A stretch of 64,000 nt of DNA, from the NCBI GenBank assembly GCA_902559815.1, contig CACEJE010000004.1, positions 1,372-65,371 of the forward strand, written 5' to 3'. Positions within the stretch are counted from its first letter, which is position 1; the number at the start of each line of letters is the position of its first letter. Under the pieces are notes generated by a model. That model saw nothing but the letters and a program-made list of their open reading frames with translations, made no database searches and was not told the origin of the DNA. Origin of the DNA: an uncultured Thiothrix sp. GTDB taxonomy: Bacteria; Pseudomonadota; Gammaproteobacteria; Poriferisulfidales; GCA-002705445. Both the position numbers and the translations under genes were made by a program. Below are positions 30,693 through 40,704 of this stretch, piece by piece.

Positions 30693-31025
30693 ATGCTTAA
30701 AGGACTTGGTGGAATGGGGGATATGATGGGGCTAATGAAACAAGCTCAAAAAATGAAAAAGGAGATGAAAAAAATTAAAAAAGAAATTTCAAAAACCAAT
30801 ATAACGGTTTGTGATCCAAGTAATCAAGTAACAATAGTCATTAATGGAGATAACATTATTCAAAAAATATCATTTTCTGAAGAAGTTGATACTTCAAATA
30901 AAAAACTCATAGAAAATCTTTTAAAAGAAACATTTAATAAGGCTTCGAGAGAAGTAGAAAAGATGACGGCAGAAAAAATGTCTGTCTTATCAAAACAAGG
31001 TTTACCAACAGATTTACCTTTTTAA
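30693..31025 (+). CDS. ybaB: nucleoid-associated protein YbaB/EbfC
   Basis: 110 aa. The N-terminus G.GDMMGLMKQAQKM and its position between dnaX and recR match the family. Confidence 0.9.
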   Translation: MLKGLGGMGDMMGLMKQAQKMKKEMKKIKKEISKTNITVCDPSNQVTIVINGDNIIQKISFSEEVDTSNKKLIENLLKETFNKASREVEKMTAEKMSVLSKQGLPTDLPF

Positions 31026-31028
31026 AAA

Positions 31029-31628
31029 ATGCAAAAAAATAGAATATTAATTGATGATTTAATCGAAGCATTAACTTGCTTGCCTGGAGTAGGAAAAAAA
31101 ACTGCTCAAAGAATGACTTACTATTTATTACAAAGAGCAAAAGACGAAGCTATTAATTTATCTGATGTTTTGAGAGAAGTTGTTTTAAATACGGTAAATT
31201 GCAAGATTTGTAGAAATCTTTCGCAAAATGATATTTGTGATTTATGTTCAGATCAAACTAGAATAGAAAATATGTTATGTATTGTGGAGAGCCCAGCTGA
31301 TGTTTTTAATATTGAGAATAGTACTGACTATAAAGGCAAATATTTTGTTTTATTAGGTAGGTTATCACCTTTGGACGGAATTGGGCCCAAAGAAATTGGC
31401 TTGGGCTTATTAGAAAAAAAAATCCAAGAAGGAAATATTGATGAAATTATTTTAGCGCTGAATTATACAGTCGAAAGCGATGTAACTGCTCATGTTATAA
31501 GTGAACTTGCTGTAAGAAATTCAGTGAAGATTACAAGGCTAGCTCAAGGTGTTCCAGTTGGTGGTGAGTTAGAATATTTAGATCAGCATACTTTATCTAA
31601 AGCGTTTGATAAAAGAACGATTTATTAA
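31029..31628 (+). CDS. recR: recombination protein RecR
   Basis: 199 aa with an HhH (LPGVGKKTAQRM), a Cys4 zinc finger (CKICRNLSQNDICDLC) and a Toprim domain. Confidence 0.95.
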   Translation: MQKNRILIDDLIEALTCLPGVGKKTAQRMTYYLLQRAKDEAINLSDVLREVVLNTVNCKICRNLSQNDICDLCSDQTRIENMLCIVESPADVFNIENSTDYKGKYFVLLGRLSPLDGIGPKEIGLGLLEKKIQEGNIDEIILALNYTVESDVTAHVISELAVRNSVKITRLAQGVPVGGELEYLDQHTLSKAFDKRTIY

Positions 31629-31672
31629 TAAACATCAGAAAATAAATTTGCGATGTGTTATCTTTTACACTT

Positions 31673-32218
31673 ATGAATAAAAGCTCACAAAATTTAATTT
31701 GGATAGATCTCGAGATGACCGGTCTTGATACAATTAACGATAGAATTATAGAAATTGCTACAATTGTAACTGACAAGGAGCTAAATATTCTTGAAGAGGG
31801 TCCAGTTGTTGCTATAAAAACTCCACAAGAATCATTAGATTCAATGGATGAATGGAACACAAATCAACATAATAAGTCTGGTTTGGTTGAGAGAATATTA
31901 AAAAGTTCTTACACTTACATTGATGCACAGCAAATAACTATTGATTTTGTTTCAAAATATTTAGATAAAAATAAATCACCAATGTGTGGAAGCGGCATAT
32001 GTCAGGATCGCAGATTTTTAGCAAGATGTATGCCAGAACTTGAAAGTTTTTTTCACTATAGAAATTTAGATGTAAGTACTATAAAAGAACTAGTAAATAG
32101 ATGGTACCCGGAGATAAAATTTAGAAAAGAACCGCAGCATATTGCTTTGCAAGATATTAAAGACTCTATTGAGGAATTAAAATATTATAGAAATACTATT
32201 TTTCTTGATATTTCTTAG
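31673..32218 (+). CDS. orn: oligoribonuclease
   Basis: The 181-aa product from ATG 31673 ([18 protein letters not shown]...) has a DEDDh exonuclease motif I and a C-terminal H..L.DI..SI.EL..Y. The ORF-track GTG 31655 is an over-extension. Confidence 0.92.
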   Translation: MNKSSQNLIWIDLEMTGLDTINDRIIEIATIVTDKELNILEEGPVVAIKTPQESLDSMDEWNTNQHNKSGLVERILKSSYTYIDAQQITIDFVSKYLDKNKSPMCGSGICQDRRFLARCMPELESFFHYRNLDVSTIKELVNRWYPEIKFRKEPQHIALQDIKDSIEELKYYRNTIFLDIS

Positions 32219-33839
32219 ATAAAATTTCATTGTTTATGTTTATAATTGTATCTTGAGCAGTGCTTAAGGTTTCAGGGTAGTCGATATTGTAGTGAAGACC
32301 TCTGCTTTCTTTTCTTTGCAGAGCTGATTCAATAATTATTTCAGCAATGTAAACTAGATTTCTTAACTCAATAAGGTCGCTAGATATTTCGTTATTATCA
32401 AATGATTCTTCTATCTCTTTTTTGAATAATAAAATTCTTGACTTAGCTTTGATTAGTCTATCATTACTTCTAACGATCCCAACATAATCCCACATTAATG
32501 TTCTAATTTCTTTCCAAGAATGTTTAATTAGTACTTCTTCGCTAATTATTTTATTTTTATTATTTTTAATTTCATTATAATCGTCTTTTGTGTTCATATC
32601 TTTATTTTTTTGTATATCTTCTATTACTTTCTTTGAAAAGAAAATACATTCTAATAAGGAATTACTAGCCATTCTATTTGCACCATGAAGTCCAGAGTGA
32701 GCAGCTTCTCCAATAGCATATAGATTTTTAATATTTGTTCTTGCATTAATATTTATATTTATTCCGCCACAAGTATAGTGTGTAGCTGGTACCACTGGAA
32801 TAGCTTGTTTTGTAATATCAATATTATATTTTAAGCATTTAGAATAAATATTAGGAAATCTTTTTTTAATAAATGATGACTCTTTGTGTGAAATATCAAG
32901 AAGAACATAATCTAGCCCATAAGTTTTCATTTCTCTATCAATTGCTCTTGCAACAATATCTCTTGGTGCTAATACACCTCTAGAGTCATATTTATGCATA
33001 AACTCTTTTCCATTTGGCAGAAGAAGCCTTCCACCTTCTCCTCGTAAAGATTCACTAATTAAAAAAGACTTTGCTTTGTGGTGGAACAAACAAGTTGGGT
33101 GGAACTGCATAAATTCCATATTAGCAATATCGCATCCTGCTCTATATGCCATTGCTATACCATCACCTGATGATGTATCAGGGTTACTAGTATATAAATA
33201 AACTTTGTTAGCACCACCTGTCGCTATAACAACAAATTTTGCTTTAAAAACATTAATTAAATTATTTTTTTTATTTAATATATAAGCACCAATACATTTT
33301 TTTTCTTTATTATCTGAATTTTTGTTTATAATTAAATCAACAGCAACGTGATGTGTGAATAGTTCTATATTTCTTTGTTTCTTTATTTTTTCAATCAAGC
33401 TTTCTTGAATTACTTCTCCTGTTTTATCATCAGCATGTACAATTCTTGCATAAGTATGACCACCTTCTTTTGTTAAATGAAGATTATTTTTTGGATCTGA
33501 TTCATTTTTTGTAAATTCAACTCCTTGATGTGATAACCATTCAATAATTTTTTTTGATTCTTTAGCTACATTTTTTACAATATCTTCTTTGCATAGACCA
33601 GCTCCAGCATCGACTGTGTCCTCGACGTGTTGATTTATAGAATCGATGTTACTTAATACGGCAGAAATTCCACCTTGAGCATAATAAGTACTTCCTTCAT
33701 GTAACTCAGTTTTTGAAATAAGCCCAATTTGCATGTCAGTTGGCAATTGCAGAGCAAGACTATTGCCTGCAGCTCCACTTCCAATTATAAGGACATCAAA
33801 AAATCTTGAATTTTCAACTTGTTTTAAAATTTTATACAA
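32196..33839 (-). CDS. nadB: L-aspartate oxidase
   Basis: 547 aa with an FAD dinucleotide fold ([16 protein letters not shown]) and the succinate-dehydrogenase/fumarate-reductase flavoprotein-like blocks HYTCGGI, GLHGANR and SRG.HY. The 3' end overlaps orn by 23 nt. Confidence 0.95.
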   Translation of the reverse strand: MYKILKQVENSRFFDVLIIGSGAAGNSLALQLPTDMQIGLISKTELHEGSTYYAQGGISAVLSNIDSINQHVEDTVDAGAGLCKEDIVKNVAKESKKIIEWLSHQGVEFTKNESDPKNNLHLTKEGGHTYARIVHADDKTGEVIQESLIEKIKKQRNIELFTHHVAVDLIINKNSDNKEKKCIGAYILNKKNNLINVFKAKFVVIATGGANKVYLYTSNPDTSSGDGIAMAYRAGCDIANMEFMQFHPTCLFHHKAKSFLISESLRGEGGRLLLPNGKEFMHKYDSRGVLAPRDIVARAIDREMKTYGLDYVLLDISHKESSFIKKRFPNIYSKCLKYNIDITKQAIPVVPATHYTCGGINININARTNIKNLYAIGEAAHSGLHGANRMASNSLLECIFFSKKVIEDIQKNKDMNTKDDYNEIKNNKNKIISEEVLIKHSWKEIRTLMWDYVGIVRSNDRLIKAKSRILLFKKEIEESFDNNEISSDLIELRNLVYIAEIIIESALQRKESRGLHYNIDYPETLSTAQDTIININNEILSKKYQEK

Positions 33840-33911
33840 CCTTTGTGTTAAAGTTAGTATAATCTAATATAAAATAAACAAGATGGCAAACAACTATCAA
33901 TAAAGGAAAAT

Positions 33912-35333
33912 ATGAAAAATTTAATTAAACAAATCCTGTGCAGCTCCATAGTAGTAATATTCTTAAGTAATATATCCTATGCAAATAAAATTGATCTTCC
34001 AGATTTTACAAGTCTTGTCGAGGAGAATAGCGCAAGTATTGTTAATATTAGTACCGTAAGAAAAAATAATAAACAAAGCAATAGTCATCCTCAATTAGAG
34101 AATGATGAGCTTAACGAGTTTTTAAAAAAATTTTTTGGGGATAAAGGTTTTGAAAATCCAGAAAAGAAATCACCTAGAAGAGCGCAATCACTTGGTTCCG
34201 GTTTTATTTATTCCGCTGATGGATACATTATAACTAACCATCACGTTATTGCAGATGCAGACCAGATTATAGTAAAGCTAAATGATAAAAGAGAGTTGGA
34301 TGCAAAGCTTATTGGCTCAGACCCTTCAAGTGATATAGCATTATTAAAAATTAAAGCAAAAAATTTAAAGCCAGTTAAAATTGGTAATTCTCAAGAATTA
34401 AAAGTTGGTCAGTGGGTTCTTGCAATTGGTTCTCCATTTGGATTTGAAAGTACAGTGACTGCAGGAATTGTAAGCGCTATAGGAAGGAGCTTACCAAATG
34501 ACAATTATGTTCCATTTATACAAACCGATGTGGCTATTAATCCAGGAAATTCTGGAGGCCCATTATTTAATTTAAATGGAGAAGTTGTTGGCATAAATGC
34601 ACAAATTTTCAGTAGGTCTGGCGGTTTTATGGGTTTGTCTTTTGCTATCCCAATGGATGTTGCTAGCAATGTAGTTAAGCAATTAAAATCTACTGGAAAA
34701 GTTTCTAGAGGGTGGTTAGGAGTTTATATTCAAGAAGTTACAAATAATTTAGCAAAATCTTTTGGAATGAAAAAACCTTCTGGCGCATTAATTTCTAAAA
34801 TTATACCAGATGGCCCAGCTTCGAAGTCAGATCTAAAAGTTGGAGATATTATTCTTAAGTTTGATGGCAAAAAAATTATAACCTCATCTTCTTTGCCTCC
34901 AATTGTTGGAAATACAAAAGTTGGTAAAAATGTGAAAATAGAAATTTTAAGAAATGGAAAGAAAAAAAATATTAATTTTAAAGTTCAGGAGTTACCAGTA
35001 CAAAGTATCGCAAAGAATAATATTAAAAAAAATGTTAAACCTGTAACTAAAGAAATATTAGGGATGAGAATATCTAATTTGTCTAAATCTGAAAGAAAAA
35101 ACTTAGATATTAATGATAAATATGGTATTGCTGTCAAAGAAATTTTAGGTAATCCAGCATACGAATCAGGACTCTTAAAAAATGATGTGATATATCAGAT
35201 ATCTGGAGCCAACATTGAAAATATAAATCAATTTGAAAATATTGTTAAGAGAATGAAAAAAGGTGATTTTGCTTCATTGTTAGTAAGAAGATCACAAGGA
35301 AATTCTATTTATCTTGCTATTAAGATAGAGTAA
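33912..35333 (+). CDS. periplasmic serine endoprotease, DegP/DegQ/MucD family
   Basis: 473 aa with a signal peptide, a catalytic triad context (TNHHV, DIALLK, GNSGGPL) and two PDZ domains. Confidence 0.92.
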   Translation: MKNLIKQILCSSIVVIFLSNISYANKIDLPDFTSLVEENSASIVNISTVRKNNKQSNSHPQLENDELNEFLKKFFGDKGFENPEKKSPRRAQSLGSGFIYSADGYIITNHHVIADADQIIVKLNDKRELDAKLIGSDPSSDIALLKIKAKNLKPVKIGNSQELKVGQWVLAIGSPFGFESTVTAGIVSAIGRSLPNDNYVPFIQTDVAINPGNSGGPLFNLNGEVVGINAQIFSRSGGFMGLSFAIPMDVASNVVKQLKSTGKVSRGWLGVYIQEVTNNLAKSFGMKKPSGALISKIIPDGPASKSDLKVGDIILKFDGKKIITSSSLPPIVGNTKVGKNVKIEILRNGKKKNINFKVQELPVQSIAKNNIKKNVKPVTKEILGMRISNLSKSERKNLDINDKYGIAVKEILGNPAYESGLLKNDVIYQISGANIENINQFENIVKRMKKGDFASLLVRRSQGNSIYLAIKIE

Positions 35334-35339
35334 TTCTAT

Positions 35340-37151
35340 ATGTCTAAAATTCATAACGATTTAATTAGAAATTTTTCTATTATTGCTCACATTGATCATG
35401 GTAAATCAACCTTAGCAGATAGATTTATTCAAATATGTGGTGGATTAACAGACAGAGAGATGAGCACGCAAATTTTAGATTCTATGGATTTAGAGAAAGA
35501 ACGTGGAATTACAATCAAAGCTCAAAGTGTAAGGTTACATTATAAATCACAAGATGGAGAAACTTATCAATTTAATATAATTGATACACCAGGACACGTA
35601 GATTTTTCGTATGAAGTTTCAAGATCTTTAGCTGCTTGTGAGGGGGCGTTGCTTGTTGTAGATGCCTCTCAAGGCGTTGAAGCACAGAGTGTTGCAAATT
35701 GTTATAAAGCAATAGAGTTAGATTTAGAAATACTTCCAGTTCTAAATAAAATAGATTTGCAGTCTGCAGATCCTGAGAATGTCAAAAAACAAATAAATGA
35801 AATTATTGGAATCGATACAGAAGATTCTATTTCTGTTAGTGCAAAAACAGGACTTGGTGTAGAAGAATTAATGGAGAGTATAATAAAAAAAATTCCTCCA
35901 CCAAGAATTAATAAAGAAAAAAAACTAAAAGCTTTAATTATTGATTCCTGGTTTGATAATTATTTAGGCATTGTGTCTTTAGTTAGAGTTATTAGTGGCT
36001 CTCTTAATATTAAACAAAAAATTAAACTAGCATCTACTAATGTAACTTATCAAGTTGAAGAACTTGGTTGTTATTCTCCTAAAGTTAGTAAGCTTAAAGA
36101 AATCACTGAAGGTGAAGTCGGGTATTTAGTCGCAGGGGTTAAAGATATAGCATCTGCAAAAGTTGGTGATACTGTATTGTCCCATGATGATAATACAAGC
36201 AAGCCTTTAGATGGTTTTAAAGAAATACAACCAAAGGTTTTTGCTGGCTTATTCCCAATAAATAGTGATGATTATAAGGATTTTAGAGACGCATTAGAGA
36301 AGCTAGAACTAAATGATTCATCATTTGATTATGAGCCGGAAGTTTCAAAGGCTTTAGGCCACGGATTTAGATGTGGCTTTTTAGGTATGCTGCATATGGA
36401 AATTATTCAAGAACGTTTAGAAAGAGAATATAAACTTGACTTAATATCAACATCTCCAACAGTAATTTATAAAGTTATTCAAAAAAACGGCAACGTTATA
36501 GAAGTAGATAATCCAAGTTCATTACCTGATATTTCTAGTATAGAGGAAATACATGAACCAATAATATCTGCATCTATGTTGGTACCAAATGATTTTATAG
36601 GAAACGTTATAACTTTGTGTGAGCAAAAAAGAGGAAAACAAATAAAAATTACATACGTTGGTGGACAAGCTTTGATAGAGTACTATTTACCCTTAAATGA
36701 AGTTGTACTGGATTTCTTTGATAAGCTTAAATCTTGCACAAAGGGTTATGCGTCTTTTGATTATTATATACATTCATTTCAAAAATCAGAATTACAAAAA
36801 CTTGATATATTAATAAATAGTGAAAAAGTTGACGCTTTATCATTAATTGTTCATAAATCAAGATCGCAAAGCATAGGTAGAAAATTAGTAAATGGTATGA
36901 AAGATGTTATACCGAGGCAAAATTTTGATATTGCAATACAGGCGGCTATTGGGTCTCAAATAATATCAAGGGCAACTACAAAAGCTTTTAGAAAAGATGT
37001 AACTGCTAAATTGTATGGTGGTGATGTGACAAGAAAAATGAAATTACTAAAAAAACAAAAACTAGGGAAAAAAAGAATGAAGCAAGTTGGAAAAGTAGAG
37101 CTTCCCCAAGAAGCTTTTATGGCTGTTTTGAAAATAGATACTAATGATTAA
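35340..37151 (+). CDS. lepA: elongation factor 4
   Basis: 603 aa with [23 protein letters not shown] and NKID, plus the LepA-specific C-terminal domain. Confidence 0.97.
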   Translation: MSKIHNDLIRNFSIIAHIDHGKSTLADRFIQICGGLTDREMSTQILDSMDLEKERGITIKAQSVRLHYKSQDGETYQFNIIDTPGHVDFSYEVSRSLAACEGALLVVDASQGVEAQSVANCYKAIELDLEILPVLNKIDLQSADPENVKKQINEIIGIDTEDSISVSAKTGLGVEELMESIIKKIPPPRINKEKKLKALIIDSWFDNYLGIVSLVRVISGSLNIKQKIKLASTNVTYQVEELGCYSPKVSKLKEITEGEVGYLVAGVKDIASAKVGDTVLSHDDNTSKPLDGFKEIQPKVFAGLFPINSDDYKDFRDALEKLELNDSSFDYEPEVSKALGHGFRCGFLGMLHMEIIQERLEREYKLDLISTSPTVIYKVIQKNGNVIEVDNPSSLPDISSIEEIHEPIISASMLVPNDFIGNVITLCEQKRGKQIKITYVGGQALIEYYLPLNEVVLDFFDKLKSCTKGYASFDYYIHSFQKSELQKLDILINSEKVDALSLIVHKSRSQSIGRKLVNGMKDVIPRQNFDIAIQAAIGSQIISRATTKAFRKDVTAKLYGGDVTRKMKLLKKQKLGKKRMKQVGKVELPQEAFMAVLKIDTND

Positions 37152-38040
37152 ATATTTTTTTATAATTTTTTTAATAACTACAAATACATTTGCAAGCGAT
37201 GTAATAAATTTTACTTTTTTAGGAACAGGAACACCTAGACCGAATATTGATAAATTAGGACCATCAATACTTATTAAAAATAGTAACCATGAAATATTAT
37301 TAGATGTTGGAAGAGGAACAAGTATTAGACTAAATCAAATCGGAAATAATTTCTCAAAAGTCAATAATGTTTATATATCACATTTACATTATGATCACAT
37401 AATTGGATTGGCAGATTTTTGGCTTACAAGCAATCTATGGCAAAAAAAGGAAAATATTAATATATATGGGCCAAAGGGCATAAAAAAGCTCTGTCAAAAC
37501 ATAACCAATTCTTATGCTGAAGATATAAATTATAGATATGAAAAAAATAATTATTCAAAATTAAACTGCGATTCTTATGATAATTTAGGTATGACAGTTA
37601 AACATGGTAAAATAAATGTTGAATTTTTTAAAAACTCACACGGCCATATTGAAGAATCATATGGCTTTAAAGTTAGATTTAAAAATAAATCTGTAGTTTA
37701 TTCAGGAGATACGTCTTATTCGCAAAATGTAATTGATGCTGCAAAAGGTTGCGATATTCTTATTCATGAAGTAATTGCGTCATCAAAAAAACTTTATGAT
37801 AATAATGATAAACTCAGGAAGGTTTTTAAAACACATACAGATATAAACCAATTAATAAAAATTTTGAATATTACAAACCCAAAACTCACAATACTCAATC
37901 ATGCTTTACTCTTTGGCATAAGTGAGTCAAAGGTTTTAAATAAAATTAAGAAGGAATATAATGGTGATATTATTTTTGCAAAAGATCTTATGTCAGTTGA
38001 TTTAGGTAACGAGATAAGTATCTTTAATATAATTAAATAG
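37144..38040 (+). CDS. secreted metallo-beta-lactamase-fold hydrolase (RNase Z/ElaC-like fold)
   Basis: 298 aa with an N-terminal signal peptide ([19 protein letters not shown]) and the MBL motif SHLHYDH, plus downstream His/Asp residues. The ATG overlaps the lepA stop by 8 nt. Confidence 0.72.
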   Translation: MIKYFFIIFLITTNTFASDVINFTFLGTGTPRPNIDKLGPSILIKNSNHEILLDVGRGTSIRLNQIGNNFSKVNNVYISHLHYDHIIGLADFWLTSNLWQKKENINIYGPKGIKKLCQNITNSYAEDINYRYEKNNYSKLNCDSYDNLGMTVKHGKINVEFFKNSHGHIEESYGFKVRFKNKSVVYSGDTSYSQNVIDAAKGCDILIHEVIASSKKLYDNNDKLRKVFKTHTDINQLIKILNITNPKLTILNHALLFGISESKVLNKIKKEYNGDIIFAKDLMSVDLGNEISIFNIIK

Positions 38041-38045
38041 AACTT

Positions 38046-38870
38046 ATGACTAACAAATTAAATTTTGAAAAACCTATAATTATGGGTATATTGAATGTGA
38101 CCCCAGATAGTTTTTCTGATGGCGGGTCTTATCCATCAACTCAATCAGCCGTTGATAAAGCATTAATTATGATTAAACAAGGTGCTAAAATTATTGATAT
38201 TGGTGGAGAATCAACACGGCCTGGTTCTGAAAGAGTTTCTCCTTTAGAACAAAAAAGAAGAATTATCGACGTCATTTCTCAATTAAAAAAAGTTATTTCA
38301 AATGACATACTTATAAGTGTTGATACAACTTCTTCAGAAGTTGCAGAAGCAGCTATAGATCTTAAAGTTGATATGATTAATGATATTAGTGGTGGCACTG
38401 ATGATGAAGACTTAATAAGTTTAGTAGCTAGCCACGATCTATATTATTGCATAATGCATAAGAAAGGAGAGCCAAAAACAATGCAAGATAACCCTTCATA
38501 TGTAGATGTTTTAAAAGAAGTTAAAGAATTTTTATTAGAACAAGCTATAAAAGCAGAACAGTACGGAATATCTAAAAATAAAATTATTTTGGATCCAGGA
38601 ATTGGCTTTGGTAAAAACACTGAACACAATTTAATATTGTTAAAAAATCTAAAAAACTTATCAAGCCTAGGTTATTTTACTTTATTAGGCACAAGTAGAA
38701 AAAAAATCTTTAGTGAATTATCCGGTGAAAATAATCCCCAAGATAGAATATCAGGAACTTGCGCTACATCTGCACTAGGAGTGCTATCAGATATAAATAT
38801 CTTTAGAGTTCACGATGTTTGGCAAAATAAACAAGCAATTGATGTTGCATATGCAATAAAGAAATCATAA
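38046..38870 (+). CDS. folP: dihydropteroate synthase
   Basis: 274 aa with GILNVTPDSFSDGG, DIGGESTRPG, DPGIGFGK and RVHDV. Confidence 0.93.
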   Translation: MTNKLNFEKPIIMGILNVTPDSFSDGGSYPSTQSAVDKALIMIKQGAKIIDIGGESTRPGSERVSPLEQKRRIIDVISQLKKVISNDILISVDTTSSEVAEAAIDLKVDMINDISGGTDDEDLISLVASHDLYYCIMHKKGEPKTMQDNPSYVDVLKEVKEFLLEQAIKAEQYGISKNKIILDPGIGFGKNTEHNLILLKNLKNLSSLGYFTLLGTSRKKIFSELSGENNPQDRISGTCATSALGVLSDINIFRVHDVWQNKQAIDVAYAIKKS

Positions 38871-38936
38871 CTCATATAAATTGCTTTATATCTTTATTGT
38901 GTTATGTTTAATTTTTTAATTGTGAGATTAAATATT

Positions 38937-39278
38937 ATGACCGAAGATCTATCTAAGAAGAAGTGTGTTCCCTGCGAAGGAGGTATTCCGCCTTTTACAA
39001 TAGAGCAAATTAATGAATATCTGAAGAAAGTTGATGGCTGGGTTCTTAAGCAAAATGAAGAGATGCAATATTATTTATTTAAGGAATTTGCTTTTAAGGA
39101 TTTTTTGGAAAGTCAAAAATTTGTAAATATTGTCGGTGATATATCTGAAACAGAAGGACATCACCCTGATTTAACTTTTGGGTGGGGGTACGCAACAGTG
39201 AAAATTTACACACATGCAATCAAAGGATTAGCTGAGAGTGATTTTATTCTTGCCTCTAAAATAGATAAAAAAGCATAA
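38937..39278 (+). CDS. phhB: pterin-4-alpha-carbinolamine dehydratase
   Basis: The 113-aa product from ATG 38937 (MTEDLSKKKCVPCEGG...) has the PCD signature EGHHPD...W....V...TH. The ORF-track start 38904 is an over-extension. Confidence 0.85.
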   Translation: MTEDLSKKKCVPCEGGIPPFTIEQINEYLKKVDGWVLKQNEEMQYYLFKEFAFKDFLESQKFVNIVGDISETEGHHPDLTFGWGYATVKIYTHAIKGLAESDFILASKIDKKA

Positions 39279-39317
39279 GTTAAATTTAGACTAAATTTAT
39301 AATCAAATACCACTTTT

Positions 39318-40004
39318 ATGGAAGAAATTTTTTATAACACGGCAGTATTAGCTATATTACAAATTATTGCTATAGATATTGTATTAGGAGGAGATAATGC
39401 AATTATTATCGCACTAGCTTGTAAAAACCTTCCAGAAAAACAACGTAAACTTGGAATTTTTTATGGTGCTTTAGGAGCCATAATTTTAAGAGTTATTATG
39501 GTTTTTTTTGCATCTATGTTATTAGCTATTCAAGGTTTAAAAATAGTTGGAGGGGTTTTATTAATTTGGATTGGTATAAAGCTAATAATTGATAACACAA
39601 AAACTCAAGATCTGTCTGTTAATCAACATGACAATCTTGCTGGCGCTATAAAAACTATTATCTTAGCAGACTTAATTATGAGCTTAGATAATTCATTAGG
39701 TATTGCTGCTGTTGCAGATGGAAATATATATTTAGTAATATTTGGAGTTCTCTTTAGTGTCCCAATAATTATCTGGGGAAGCAAATTTATTTTAAAATGT
39801 ATAGATAAATTTCCTATAATTATACTATTGGGTGGTGGTCTCTTAGGATGGATAGGTGGTGATATGTTGCAGACAGATATTTATATTACAAATAATAATT
39901 ATATACCTGAAAATTTTAATAATTTTGTATTACCTTTTTTATTTGGTTCTTTTACAATAATTTTTTCTTTCTTTTTCGGGGGGTTAAAATTATTTAAGCG
40001 GTAA
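39318..40004 (+). CDS. TerC/YjbE-family integral membrane protein
   Basis: 228 aa with the duplicated TerC motif GGDNAIIIALA ... SLDNSLGIAAVA and about 7 TM segments. Confidence 0.85.
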   Translation: MEEIFYNTAVLAILQIIAIDIVLGGDNAIIIALACKNLPEKQRKLGIFYGALGAIILRVIMVFFASMLLAIQGLKIVGGVLLIWIGIKLIIDNTKTQDLSVNQHDNLAGAIKTIILADLIMSLDNSLGIAAVADGNIYLVIFGVLFSVPIIIWGSKFILKCIDKFPIIILLGGGLLGWIGGDMLQTDIYITNNNYIPENFNNFVLPFLFGSFTIIFSFFFGGLKLFKR

Positions 40005-40577
40005 GTTTTTAACTTCTTTCATTAAGTACCTGTTAATATATTTGTATAATTCTGTAAATGGGGTTCCAGGTATAAATATTTTTTCAACATTATTTTCTTT
40101 ATCTAAAAGATATATATTTGCTGTGTGATTAACAGTGTATTTATTACTGTCACTATCATTATTTTGATAACTGTAATATACGTGATACTGGTTTGAGACT
40201 TTTTCTATTTGTTCTTGTGATCCAGTTAAACCTACAATTCTTTTATCAAAAAAAGAAAGATAGTTTTTTAATAACTCAGGAGTGTCTCTTTTAGGATCTA
40301 CTGTTATAAATATTGGTTCTAAATTTTTCGATAAACCACGAAGTTTATGCAATAGATTTGAAACATCGGACAAAGCAGTAGGACAGATATCTGGACAATT
40401 TAAAAAGCCAAAAAAAATAATTTTAACTTTTGAAGACTCTGATAACACGTATTTCTCGTTATTATAGGTTTGAAGAACAAAATCCCCACCAATTCTAGCG
40501 TGGGATATATTATTAGTAATTAAAACAATAACTAAGAATGCATACTTAATAAACAAGTTAAAATAATATGTTTTCAT
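39990..40577 (-). CDS. SCO1/SenC-family copper chaperone (canonical CxxxC)
   Basis: 195 aa with an N-terminal membrane anchor and a thioredoxin fold carrying FGFLNCPDICP and a downstream His (VNHTANIYL). It is divergent from the SBP56 gene. The 3' end overlaps the TerC gene by 15 nt. Confidence 0.85.
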   Translation of the reverse strand: MKTYYFNLFIKYAFLVIVLITNNISHARIGGDFVLQTYNNEKYVLSESSKVKIIFFGFLNCPDICPTALSDVSNLLHKLRGLSKNLEPIFITVDPKRDTPELLKNYLSFFDKRIVGLTGSQEQIEKVSNQYHVYYSYQNNDSDSNKYTVNHTANIYLLDKENNVEKIFIPGTPFTELYKYINRYLMKEVKNLPLK

Positions 40578-40638
40578 ATATGTGTAATCTGATTTGTATA
40601 ATTGGTTAATTTATAGCTTCTAATTTACTTATATAGCC

Positions 40639-40666
40639 TTGACGTAAAAGCTTAATAGTTCATAAT
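40639..40666 (+). promoter_or_regulatory. candidate sigma70 promoter of the methanethiol-oxidase operon
   Basis: TTGACG, 16 nt, then CATAAT, 38 nt upstream of ATG 40705. A GAGGAAG SD precedes the ATG. Consensus match only. Confidence 0.35.
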
Positions 40667-40704
40667 ATAACATTCAAGAATAAAATAACAATCGAGGAAG
40701 AGCT

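Noticed and set aside
39279-39317. Possible yybP-ykoY (Mn2+) riboswitch upstream of the TerC-family gene, by analogy with E. coli alx
   Set aside because: Only 39 nt separate phhB from the TerC-family start, far too short for that riboswitch, and I saw no conserved riboswitch-like helices.
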